NCBI GenBank assembly: GCA_963812605.1
Contig: CAWEWF010000002.1
Coordinates: 64,001 to 128,000 of the forward strand
Length of the DNA: 64,000 nucleotides
Origin: an uncultured Verrucomicrobiae bacterium
GTDB lineage: Bacteria > Verrucomicrobiota > Verrucomicrobiia > Palsa-1439
Reading direction: 5' to 3'
Part shown: one piece after another, positions 31,721 to 42,648 of the stretch
Layout of the letters: every line of letters starts with the position of its first letter
How positions within the stretch are numbered: the stretch's first letter is position 1
Notes under the pieces: generated by a model
Seen by the model: only the letters and a program-made list of their open reading frames with translations
Told to the model about the DNA's origin: nothing
The model's database searches: none
Position numbers and translations under genes: made by a program

Positions 31721-33178
31721 ATGGTGGCGTCAATAATTTCACGAGCGGAAGTGAAATACCCCGAAGGCGATGAGTTTTTCTCGCCTGCCGAACGTTTTCC
31801 GGAATACCGATTCCAGCATCTCGCGCAACGTCCGAATCCGGTATATGGAATGGTGCGGGAGTTGTTCGTGCAAGCGGGGCTGGACCGGCAGCGATTGGGA
31901 ACACCGGACTGGAATCCCTTGGGCGAGTATATCCCGCGGGGCAGTTCGGTCTTTGTCCTGTGCAACTTCGTTTACCATCGCCGTTTCCAGGATTCGTCGG
32001 AGGACTTATTTGCCAAATGCACCCACGGATCGGTTCTGCGGGCGCTTATCGATTATATTGCGCTGGCCGCTGGGCCCACAGCAACCATCCGTTTCGGGAA
32101 TTCACCCCTGCAATCTTGCGACTGGGATCAGGTTCTGAAGGACACCGGTGCCGACCAGGTAGCCAGGTTTTATCAACAAGCCGGCGTGTCGGTTATCCCC
32201 ACGGACCTTCGGCTCCACGTTATCAAACGAAATCCGTTGGGGAAAGTGACATTGATCGAGGAGCGATCCGACAGGGACGTGGCAGTCGAGGTTGACCTCC
32301 AGAATACCAGTCTCCTGGCCGAAATCGGTGACCCGCAAAGCGAGCGTCCCCGATTTCGGATCGCCGACTACAATCCGAATCGAATCGAGTCCTTTCATTC
32401 GGCCGGGTCTCACCGTTACGTGATACATCGTCACATTCTGGAATCGGACGTCATTGTCAGCGTGCCAAAACTGAAAACCCACGAAAAGGTGGGCATCACC
32501 TGCGGCCTCAAGGGATTCGTGGGCACTGTGGGCCATAAGGACTGTCTGGCGCATCACCGATTTGGCAACCCGCGAATCGGTGGGGACGAATATCCCGATA
32601 GGTTTCGATTTCTCAGGCCGCTGTCGGCCTTTGAGGATTGGCTCAACCAACGGGACCCGGATGCGCCGGCACAAGGTGGTTTTCAAATCCTGGATCGTAC
32701 TTTGCAACGGCTTTTGCGAAGGCTCGGGGTCACTCGCTCCGGCGCGTGGTCTGGCAATGATACAGCCTGGCGCATGACCCTTGATTTGGCGCGGATTGTT
32801 CACTACGCCGGCGCAGATGGACGGCTGCACGCAGAACGCCAACGCCGCCATTTGATGTTAATCGATGGCATCCTCGGCGGTGAGGGAGACGGTCCACTCG
32901 CGCCCACACCGGCCGCCGCTGGTTGCCTGCTGTTTGGCGATGACGTGGTGTTAGGCGACCGGGTGGCGTGTCGGCTGATGGGCTTCGACCCGGATGCCAT
33001 CCCGTTGATCCGGGAAGCGTCTCGCCATGGGCCTTATCCAATCGCGCCCGAGGCCGTGACACAACCTGCCGTATGGTTCAATGGCAAATTGCGGACGGAA
33101 ACAGAACTGGTCCCCATCTTGGGGCGACCGTTTCGCGCCCCGGCTGGTTGGCGCACTGTCTGTGGTGACCGCCGATAA
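31721..33178 (+). CDS. DUF362 domain protein
   Basis: NFV.H, CTHGSVLR, VPKLKTHEKVGITCGLK, IDGI.GGEGDGP, DRVACRLMGFDP. Confidence 0.75.
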   Translation: MVASIISRAEVKYPEGDEFFSPAERFPEYRFQHLAQRPNPVYGMVRELFVQAGLDRQRLGTPDWNPLGEYIPRGSSVFVLCNFVYHRRFQDSSEDLFAKCTHGSVLRALIDYIALAAGPTATIRFGNSPLQSCDWDQVLKDTGADQVARFYQQAGVSVIPTDLRLHVIKRNPLGKVTLIEERSDRDVAVEVDLQNTSLLAEIGDPQSERPRFRIADYNPNRIESFHSAGSHRYVIHRHILESDVIVSVPKLKTHEKVGITCGLKGFVGTVGHKDCLAHHRFGNPRIGGDEYPDRFRFLRPLSAFEDWLNQRDPDAPAQGGFQILDRTLQRLLRRLGVTRSGAWSGNDTAWRMTLDLARIVHYAGADGRLHAERQRRHLMLIDGILGGEGDGPLAPTPAAAGCLLFGDDVVLGDRVACRLMGFDPDAIPLIREASRHGPYPIAPEAVTQPAVWFNGKLRTETELVPILGRPFRAPAGWRTVCGDRR

Positions 33179-33240
33179 TTGGCCCGCTGTCAACCCGTCA
33201 TCTTGAGGGATTTTTGAATTAGATCGAAGCCGGTGAACTC

Positions 33241-34578
33241 ATGAAAAAACGTCCCGCAACCCTGGTCGGCCGACTGCGTTCTCGATTCCACGAATCAGAG
33301 ATTGAAGCGCGCGCGCGCGCTTACCAGGACGAGATGGACCTGGCATCCCAGCAAGCGGTACAGTTGGAAATGTGGAACACGGAGTGGCGCCGCGTTCTCG
33401 CGGATATTCCTTATTACCAAGAGCTGCAGCAGCGGCATCATCTTCCGGTTCGATTCAGGTCCTGGGAGGAATTCAGCGAAGTAGTCCCACCGACAACGCG
33501 TGAGTTGCTGCAGCACCACAAGAACACCATGACCAGCCGGTCCCGTAGGCATGATTTTATGCGCATGACGGGAGGCTCCACCGCCGCGCCCGTCCAAATG
33601 CCAGCGTGGAAATCCGAGCTGGCTCATGGCCATCCCGACGCCTGGGTTGCCCGCGGCTGGTATGGTGTCACACCCAGTTCGAGGCTTTTCTTGATATGGG
33701 GACATGGTCATCTTTTGGGCAGCGGTCTGCGCGGCCGTATCAATGGGCACCGGCGGCGCCTGCAAGACCGCCTCCTTGGGTACCATCGGTTCTCGGCTTA
33801 TGATCTTCAGCCGGCAATGCTGCGAAAGGCCGGGCGGGCGTTGTTGGAGTTTCAGCCTGATTATCTTCTTGGTTACAGTGTGGCGTTGCATCTTTTCGGC
33901 CAGGAAAACCGGGATCTCCTCGGCCCTTTTCGCTCGCTCGGTCTGAAAGTGGTGATCGGTACCGCGGAAAATTTTCCGACTTCCGACGCGCCTGGGCTTT
34001 TACATGAGCTCTTCAACTGCCCCGTGGCAATGGAATATGGCAGCGTGGAAACAGGGGTCATGGCTCATACCCATCCCGAAGGAGGCTATCGGGTATTCTG
34101 GCGCAGCTATATGCTCGAAGCGGAGCGAACGTCCGGTGATTACCACCTCCTGCGGGTCACCAGCCTTTATCCCCGCGCTTTTCCCCTGGTTCGTTACGAG
34201 ATCGGCGACGAAGTTGAACTGCGGGATCCTTCTCCCGCCTACGCCGGCGCCATCCATAGTTTCAAGCGGGTGGTCGGGCGGTGCAATGATTATGTATCGC
34301 TGCCGGATGGAGCCCTGATTCATTCGGAGGCGTTCAGTCACGCCGTGCGTCCCTGTGCCGAGATTCGCTCCTTCCAGGTAGTTCAGGCTCGCGGCGCGAT
34401 CCGGATCCGGTACACGGCTGCCAAGCCCCTCTCCGCCACCGTCGAGAGTGAAATCCGCGGCCGACTGAGCAAGGTTCATCCCAGCCTCAACCACCTGGTG
34501 CTGGAACAGGTTGAGCAACTCCCGCAAACTGTCGCCGGCAAGACGCGGATGATTGCCACGGAGCCGTCCTCCCGATAG
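33241..34578 (+). CDS. Phenylacetate-CoA ligase-like adenylate-forming enzyme (CapK-like)
   Basis: TGGSTAAP, EYGSVETG, FPLVRYEIGD, VGR.ND, AGKTR. Confidence 0.8.
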   Translation: MKKRPATLVGRLRSRFHESEIEARARAYQDEMDLASQQAVQLEMWNTEWRRVLADIPYYQELQQRHHLPVRFRSWEEFSEVVPPTTRELLQHHKNTMTSRSRRHDFMRMTGGSTAAPVQMPAWKSELAHGHPDAWVARGWYGVTPSSRLFLIWGHGHLLGSGLRGRINGHRRRLQDRLLGYHRFSAYDLQPAMLRKAGRALLEFQPDYLLGYSVALHLFGQENRDLLGPFRSLGLKVVIGTAENFPTSDAPGLLHELFNCPVAMEYGSVETGVMAHTHPEGGYRVFWRSYMLEAERTSGDYHLLRVTSLYPRAFPLVRYEIGDEVELRDPSPAYAGAIHSFKRVVGRCNDYVSLPDGALIHSEAFSHAVRPCAEIRSFQVVQARGAIRIRYTAAKPLSATVESEIRGRLSKVHPSLNHLVLEQVEQLPQTVAGKTRMIATEPSSR

Positions 34579-34613
34579 GCCCGGCGCACCTTGTACGAAT
34601 AAGGCAACAGCCC

Positions 34614-35882
34614 ATGCGACTGCTCTTCTTCAACCGATCGTTCTATCCGGACGTCGAGGCGACCGGCCAACTGCTTTCCGAATTGTGTCAGGACTTGAGC
34701 CACGACCACGAGGTGACGGTGGTGGCGGGTCGCGCTTATAACATGGAGCGATTCGACTCGTGGCTGCCGGTCAAACGGGAGCAATGGGGCCGTGTCGAGA
34801 TTCTGCGCGCGTACAATCCCCGGTTGGACAAGCGGGTGTTTGTCGCGCGCGTTCTGAACCTGCTGTCGTATTTTTGCTTCAGCTTTCTGGCCGGTTTCTT
34901 CGCGGGGCGACCGGATGTCATCGTGGTTGAGACCGACCCGCCAGTGCTTGGTCTGGTCGCGCTTTTTTTTGCGCGATGGTATCGCGCACCGCTCGTGTTT
35001 TACCTGCAGGATTTATATCCCGATGTCGGTATTGCGCTTGGCAAGCTCAAGAATCCATTGCTGATCCGCGTTCTCGAAGCGAGCACGCGACGAATTCTGA
35101 AGGGCGCCGACCGCATCGTGGTGTTGGGTGACGACATGCGACGCCGGGTGCTGACGAAGGGCTGTCCGCATCCCGAACGGATTCATGTGATCCCGAACTG
35201 GGTGGACACGACGCAGATTCGTCCGCAACCGGGCGCGAACTTGTTCCGGCAACAACACCAATTGGAGGGGTGCTTCGTGGTCATGTTCTCTGGCAATCTA
35301 GGGCTGTCGCAGCGGCTCGAGGATGTGCTTACCGTTGCCGCCGAATTTACCGACAAGAGCGGAATTCGCTTCGTTTTCATAGGCGAAGGAGCCGCCAAAG
35401 CGGATCTTATGAAACAAGCACGCGCGCGACATCTTGGAAACACACTTTTTCTTCCCTATCAGCCGAAAGAATCGCTTTCCGCATCCTTGGGCGCGGCCGA
35501 TGTCCATCTCGTGCCTTTGCGGGGCGGGGTGGCGGGCCTGATCGTGCCGAGCAAGGTTTACGGGATTCTGGCGGCAGGACGTCCGCTGATCGTCGCCATC
35601 GAGGAAGACAGCCACCCGGCGCAAATCGTTCGGGAACATCAGTGCGGTCTGCGGGTGGATCCGGACTCACCCGCGAAACTCCACCAGGCGATTGCCTGGG
35701 CCGTCGGCCATCCGTCGGAGTTGCGGGAGATGGGCCAACGCGGGCGCGAAGCGGCCGTGAAGCATTTTGACCGGCGGATTTCCGTCGCCAAATTCCGAAA
35801 CATGGTTGAATCGCTGCCGGGACACCGGCACAAACTGGCGATGCAGAATCAGCGTGACGGCACGAACGAAATCGCTTACTAA
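34614..35882 (+). CDS. GT4 family glycosyltransferase (WbuB/WcaI-like)
   Basis: FYPD..ATGQL, TDPP, QDLYPD, IPNWVD, SGNLG, VPSKVY. Confidence 0.88.
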   Translation: MRLLFFNRSFYPDVEATGQLLSELCQDLSHDHEVTVVAGRAYNMERFDSWLPVKREQWGRVEILRAYNPRLDKRVFVARVLNLLSYFCFSFLAGFFAGRPDVIVVETDPPVLGLVALFFARWYRAPLVFYLQDLYPDVGIALGKLKNPLLIRVLEASTRRILKGADRIVVLGDDMRRRVLTKGCPHPERIHVIPNWVDTTQIRPQPGANLFRQQHQLEGCFVVMFSGNLGLSQRLEDVLTVAAEFTDKSGIRFVFIGEGAAKADLMKQARARHLGNTLFLPYQPKESLSASLGAADVHLVPLRGGVAGLIVPSKVYGILAAGRPLIVAIEEDSHPAQIVREHQCGLRVDPDSPAKLHQAIAWAVGHPSELREMGQRGREAAVKHFDRRISVAKFRNMVESLPGHRHKLAMQNQRDGTNEIAY

Positions 35883-35891
35883 GAGGATGGC

Positions 35892-36914
35892 ATGAAACGA
35901 GCACTTATCACCGGTATCACAGGGCAGGACGGATCTTATTTGGCTGAACTGCTTCTGCAAAAGGGTTACGAGGTTCACGGCATCATTCGCCGCGCCAGCA
36001 GCATCAACAGCAGTCGGATCGACCACCTTTACCAGGACCGCCATAAGGGGGGCGTCAAGCTCTTCCTGCACTATGGCGATCTCAGTGATTCGGTCAGTCT
36101 GGTAAAAATGATGTACGACTTGAAGTTCGATGAGGTTTATCATCTCGGCGCCCAGAGTCATGTTCGTGTCAGCTATGATATTCCCGAGTACACGGCGGAC
36201 ATTACGGGCGTAGGGACAATCCGCATCCTCGAGGCAATCCGCGAAACCGACAGCAACCCGCGGTTCTATCAAGCCTCATCGAGCGAGATGTTTGGAAAAG
36301 TGGCGGAAATCCCCCAACGGGAAACAACCCCGTTTCATCCGCGCAGCCCGTACGCTGTGGCGAAGGTGTTCTCCTATTGGGCAACGGTCAACTACCGCGA
36401 GGGATATAACATGTTTGCCTGCAATGGGATACTGTTCAACCATGAATCACCGCGGCGAGGCGAGACGTTCGTCACCCGCAAGATCACGCGCGCCCTTGCG
36501 CATATCAAGCTCGGGCTGCAGGATAAACTTTATCTGGGCAATTTGGATGCGAAACGCGACTGGGGATACGCCCCGGAATTCGTTGAGGCGATGTGGATGA
36601 TGTTGCAACAGGACCAGCCGGATGACTACGTGATCGCCACGGGTGAAACCCATTCGGTGAAAGAGTTCTGCGAGGAAGCTTTCGCCTATGCGGGCCTGGA
36701 TTGGAGCCAGTACGTCGAAATCGACAAACGCTATTACCGCCCGGCAGAAGTGGATTTGTTGATCGGCGACGCCTCCAAGGCGAAACGGGTCTTGGGTTGG
36801 GAACCAAAGATACGATTCAAGGACCTGGTAAGGTTGATGGTGGACGCCGACCTCAAGACACTGGAGGACCAACTGGCCGGGAAGGTGGACCGGGTGGAGG
36901 CAGGACAGCGCTGA
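35892..36914 (+). CDS. gmd: GDP-mannose 4,6-dehydratase
   Basis: [57 protein letters not shown]. Confidence 0.97.
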   Translation: MKRALITGITGQDGSYLAELLLQKGYEVHGIIRRASSINSSRIDHLYQDRHKGGVKLFLHYGDLSDSVSLVKMMYDLKFDEVYHLGAQSHVRVSYDIPEYTADITGVGTIRILEAIRETDSNPRFYQASSSEMFGKVAEIPQRETTPFHPRSPYAVAKVFSYWATVNYREGYNMFACNGILFNHESPRRGETFVTRKITRALAHIKLGLQDKLYLGNLDAKRDWGYAPEFVEAMWMMLQQDQPDDYVIATGETHSVKEFCEEAFAYAGLDWSQYVEIDKRYYRPAEVDLLIGDASKAKRVLGWEPKIRFKDLVRLMVDADLKTLEDQLAGKVDRVEAGQR

Positions 36915-37883
<969 letters not shown>

Positions 37884-38141
37884 AATGACCCAGGACCGTG
37901 CGCAAAATGTGCACCAGCGTTCCTGCGGGTCAGCAGGCCTTGGCACTGGATCAGAGCTACATTTCACTGCTCCTTCCTTCAGTTGTTCAAGTTGTTACGG
38001 CTGATCCGGGCAACCCGCGGGACTGGTAAGCGCCCAATCCGGTCAGAAATCGTATATATTTACGAACAGAAAGATTGATTGCCTTCTAGACCAGTTTATT
38101 GTAGGCTCCCGGGGTTGCTAGGAGTGGTATAGAGACCAAAT

Positions 38142-40042
38142 ATGGGGAAGTATTTGTTATTGTTTTTGGGTGGTTTCGGGATTTCATTCGCGCTGACGCC
38201 GCTGGTGCGATGGTTGGCGATTCGCGTCAAAGCCATGGATATTCCGAACGAACGGAAGGTTCATGACCGTCCCATCCCGCGGCTTGGCGGCGTGGCCATC
38301 TTCGTGGCGTTCACCTCCATGGTTTTCCTGGCGTTCTCTCCCTTCGCGCTGGTTACGCATCCGTTCATTTCCATCGGGAAACACTGGTGGAGAGGCTATC
38401 TCGCGGCCGCGAGCATTATCGTTGCCCTCGGCGTGCTCGACGACCTGCGGCCACTGGGCGCGCGAGTGAAGTTCCTGACCCAGGCGCTTGCCGCTTGCTG
38501 CGCGATGTATTTCGGATACATCATCAACCGTCTTGATCTTCCGTGGGGTGTTTCCATTCATTTGGGTCTTTGGGGCATTCCGGTGACGCTCCTTTGGATT
38601 GTGGGGCTGACGAACGCGTTCAACCTCATTGATGGCCTGGATGGCCTGGCCAATGGCGTGGCCTTAATCTCGTCGCTAACGTTGATGGGCGTTGCGTTGC
38701 TTGGTCATAACATTGAATTGGCGCTCGTGTGCTCCGCACTGGCGGGTTGTCTTCTCGGATTTCTGCCTTACAATTTTCACCCCGCGTCGATCTTCCTCGG
38801 CGATTCTGGCAGCCTTTTCCTGGGTTTCACGCTCGCCGTGCTCAGCATCACAACCTCGCAGAAGAGCACGGTCGCTGTGTCGATCCTGATCCCGATGATG
38901 GCGTTTGGCCTGCCGATCATGGATGCCCTACTGGCAATGATTCGCCGTTTCTTGCGGGCGATGCACGTTTGGGAAACGACGGGCCAGGGAACGTACCGGG
39001 TGTTTTTTTTGCACGGCAAAGCGATGTTTGAAGCCGACCGTGATCATATTCATCATCGCCTGATGCGCCTGGGGATTTACCACCGCAACGCGGTCATATT
39101 TCTCTACGCGATTTGCGCGGCGATGAGCGTCGCCGCGCTCATGATCGCGTCTTATCGCAATATCGACACGGGCGTCATTCTCGCAGCGATCGGCATCGCC
39201 GTCGTGCTTGGTATCCGCAAATTGCGCTATGAGGAGCTGCAGTTCCTGCGCAACGGTTCGCTGGTTCCGCTTTCCCGTTTCCCGGTGCTGGGATATGAAT
39301 CCTTTCAAATCCCGATCGATCTTGTGATGGTGTCCCTGGCCTATTACGTCGCTTACTGGCTGCGTTACGAGGGCGTGTTCACCGGCTCGGTGAAGGCCAC
39401 CTTCATCGCGACCTTACCGGCGCTACTCCTGACGAAAATTGTCGTGTTCCATCTGACCGGCCTGTACCGTATCCGCTGGCGCCAGGCTGGTGTTCCGGAA
39501 ATGCTGCGCGGCTGCCGCTCGATGGTCCTGGGGAGTGTCGCCGCCGCCGTCGTGCTGACCTACATGCAGGTCGGAAACATCGGCCCGTCGATATTGATCG
39601 TTGATTTTTACGTGGTGAGTTCCTTCCTGTTGGGCTCACGATTCTCCGCGCGGCTGATCCATTATTACGCGCAATCCAACCCCGCTCATAAAAGACGCGT
39701 GCTCATTTACGGAACCGGTCCCAGCGCCAGCATGTTGATCTGTGAACTTCTGGCCAACCAGCATCATTCGCTCGCGCCGGTTGGTTTTATCGACGAGCAT
39801 CACGGCAAGAGCCGCAAGATTTTGCATGGATACCCGATCCTGGGTTCGTTCATGATTCTTCCTGAGATCCTTCAGGACGGCGGCATTGAAGAGTTGATCA
39901 TTGCCACCATGAAGCTCCCCCCCAGCAACTCGAGCAACTCAAGGAGTTGTGCCGCCAACATGGCGTGACGGTGCGCCAGTTCCGCGTCTCCCTCGACGAG
40001 ATTCCCCATTCCGGCGCGAGACTCAACCTCGCCAGCAGCTAG
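38142..40042 (+). CDS. WecA/TagO-like polyprenyl-phosphate GlcNAc-1-phosphate transferase fused to a CapD/PglF-like N-terminal region; frameshift in a C run near 39920
   Basis: PRLGG, LDD, NAFNLIDGLDGLA, FLGDSGS, DRDHIHHRL; then RVLIYGTG, VGFIDE, ILG; corrected frame QQLEQLKELCRQHGV.VRQF ends at TAG 40042. Confidence 0.8.
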
Positions 40043-40242
40043 TCACCACTCAAGGATCTCGTTTCCCCGAAAATCGCACGCGCCAGCAGTGTGTCTTGCT
40101 GGTCCGCATTGATTGGGCGAAGGCAGCTGACCTGGAGCACGGAATTCAGGAACATGGCAAGAGCATTGGGCCCACCACGAGGAATGTCATCGGCCAGAGG
40201 AACTCTTTTTTCACAGCGACGGGCCGGTGGATCACCGCGAAA

Positions 40243-42597
40243 TCAGGGCTGTACCCAGAAGTTATTTTGTCCCTGCTGGATATACACTTTCTCCAACAAC
40301 ACGTCCGTCAGTCCGTCGCGCCGCGCCATTGGGGCGCGGTCGCTGTATTCCGCGCGGGCCTGAGCATACATTTGCCGGGTGAACGCGGCAGAAGCACTTC
40401 CTGAATCGGAATATCGGCTGTTACCATTATTCCAGTCCCAGTTTTTGGTCTGCACGACGGTATTGCTTGTTGAGTTAAGCAGGGGCCAGTTGCCGACGGG
40501 GGACCTGAAGGTGAGGCACCCATCAACCATCAGCGAGCCTGAAGTCGAGCCGCTAACATTATACCAATCGATGATGTAATCATCTAACCCCAGCAGGAAT
40601 GTGCCACTAAAATTTACCACGGAAAAGCCATTCGAGGTGGCCCGAGAAAAATCTTCATTAGCACCGATGTTCTCATGGAGCACACAGTTCAGGTAGGTAA
40701 TAGTGCCATTTCCTGACACTTGCAGGATGCGATTGTGGAAAGAATTATTGCCCGCTTCGTTGTAGATGGCTTCCCCATAAAACTGTCCGCCGTTGGTGCA
40801 CATAAGACTGAGCCAGTTTACGCCATTGTCAGTGTCGATCTCGCGCACTTTGCCGCGGCCCTCCAACAACACGTTTATGCCCGTACTGGCGGGAGAAACC
40901 GAGGTCTGACAAATGATATTGCCAGCAATGTCCACTACGGTACCGGGACAATCCCCCAGTCGAACGTTTGTGGTCAGCCCTTGGAAAATCATGACATCGC
41001 GCAGGTAAACCCGTGCCGCAGAACTGCCCACACCGGTAACGGCGATGCCGCCGCCGGCAGAGCCAGAGTTGCCGCTCAGTTGCAACTGGGAAAACGTGAC
41101 ATGCGATGGACTTGGACACACGAACATGGATCCGCCGGAAGCACCGTTCCAGTAGAACTTCGTCATATCACCGTCACCCACGATACGCACATCCCGGTTC
41201 ACCGGTAGGGTAACGGTCGAGGTCATATGCCACTGCTGGTCGCTATTCGAGGACCAGGGAATGTGAATGACAGTCCCATTCGTGGCACTGCTAACGGCGG
41301 TCTGCAACGAAGCCGCCGTAAGACTGGTGGGCATATCCACAAAGGTACGGTTGAGATTCACTGCCGCTGGCGGGATGACGGGCGCGGCGAAGGCAAGCGC
41401 GCCTCGTGACACCGTGAAGTTGTCCACCATGTTGGTCTTGAACCCGCTTCCCCCTCCAAGAGAAAGCCAGCTGGACGCGCAGTTGGTGTTGCCGATAGCC
41501 GTCAGGTCAATCTGAAGGGAATTGGAGGTGGATACGGTCGGGCCATTGGTGCAGGCGAATATATTATCCAACAGGACCAAGGGACCTGGTTGCCCCATGA
41601 CAATCGGTGTTGTGCAATCAACGATGGTGTTCCCCTTCATCAAGATCGGCGTGACGTTGGCGCCCACATTTGAGGTCTTCAAAAAGGTTCCTGCCCGGAA
41701 ACTAATGTTGCTTACTATCTCGATATAGGAAGAGGCCTGCGTCAAGGTGAACTCCGTCTGATTGTCCACCAACACGCTGTGGTACAAGTGTGCCGAACCA
41801 GGATTCACATACAGTGCGTTCTGGCAGTTGGTAAACAAACAATCTGTCATCCAGGCGTCCAGTGCATTGAAGTTCCAGGTCTCCAGCCCGGTGGTCAGCC
41901 CGATGAACTTGCAACGGGTAAATCCCTCGTTGGCAAATCCTGCGCCGTAGAAACCGCCGTCAATCCCGTGAGCACCGGATGCGCCATTCTTAAATACCAA
42001 ATCCTCAAAGGTGTTTGCACTATCGAAAAAAACGGCTCCACTCTGTTGACTGCAACTCAACAGGGTAGTCGCCTTCCCATTTCCATCCAACGTAAAACGC
42101 GAGAATAGCACGAACACAACGGAATCCAAGTGCACCAACGTGGACGCACCGGAATATCCAGAGCCGGTGGGGCCATCGAATTTCAGGGCGGTATCCGACG
42201 GATCGTGTCCGACAATTTCAACTTCCTGCCGGTTTCGCAGCCAAAGCTTTTGCGTAACCCGGTACGTGCCCGGCGGGAAATACAGCACTGGTGAATTCCC
42301 CCCCAGGCCAACTTTGGAGAGAGCATTACTGATTGCCGCCGTGTCATCCGTGACGCCGTCTCCGACTGCCCCGTAGGTGGTCTTGACGTTCGACCAACTG
42401 TTGAAGGGGCCGTACCATTCGGTAACGGCGCTCGATCCAGATTGAGAAGGTGCTCCTGTCGTGGCGGTCGCCACGTTTGACGGGGCAGAGAGGCCTGCCC
42501 GTGTCTCGCGACCAGAGAGCGCGAGCAGTCCCAAGAAAGTCAATATCCAGAGGCGAGATTTCATAACAGTACACATTTCATTCCGCATTATACTCAT
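40243..42597 (-). CDS. Secreted right-handed beta-helix protein (pectate_lyase_3/GH55/GH28-related)
   Basis: Signal peptide (LWILTFLGLLALSG..TRA), NVKTTYGAVGDGVTDDTAAI..AL, LYFPPGTY; second degenerate repeat (SLQTAV..GTVIHIP..RIVGDG). Confidence 0.75.
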   Translation of the reverse strand: MSIMRNEMCTVMKSRLWILTFLGLLALSGRETRAGLSAPSNVATATTGAPSQSGSSAVTEWYGPFNSWSNVKTTYGAVGDGVTDDTAAISNALSKVGLGGNSPVLYFPPGTYRVTQKLWLRNRQEVEIVGHDPSDTALKFDGPTGSGYSGASTLVHLDSVVFVLFSRFTLDGNGKATTLLSCSQQSGAVFFDSANTFEDLVFKNGASGAHGIDGGFYGAGFANEGFTRCKFIGLTTGLETWNFNALDAWMTDCLFTNCQNALYVNPGSAHLYHSVLVDNQTEFTLTQASSYIEIVSNISFRAGTFLKTSNVGANVTPILMKGNTIVDCTTPIVMGQPGPLVLLDNIFACTNGPTVSTSNSLQIDLTAIGNTNCASSWLSLGGGSGFKTNMVDNFTVSRGALAFAAPVIPPAAVNLNRTFVDMPTSLTAASLQTAVSSATNGTVIHIPWSSNSDQQWHMTSTVTLPVNRDVRIVGDGDMTKFYWNGASGGSMFVCPSPSHVTFSQLQLSGNSGSAGGGIAVTGVGSSAARVYLRDVMIFQGLTTNVRLGDCPGTVVDIAGNIICQTSVSPASTGINVLLEGRGKVREIDTDNGVNWLSLMCTNGGQFYGEAIYNEAGNNSFHNRILQVSGNGTITYLNCVLHENIGANEDFSRATSNGFSVVNFSGTFLLGLDDYIIDWYNVSGSTSGSLMVDGCLTFRSPVGNWPLLNSTSNTVVQTKNWDWNNGNSRYSDSGSASAAFTRQMYAQARAEYSDRAPMARRDGLTDVLLEKVYIQQGQNNFWVQP

Positions 42598-42648
42598 TCG
42601 GCATTATACTCATTCTTCTATCGTGCGTCCAGTTTTACTATCGTGCGT

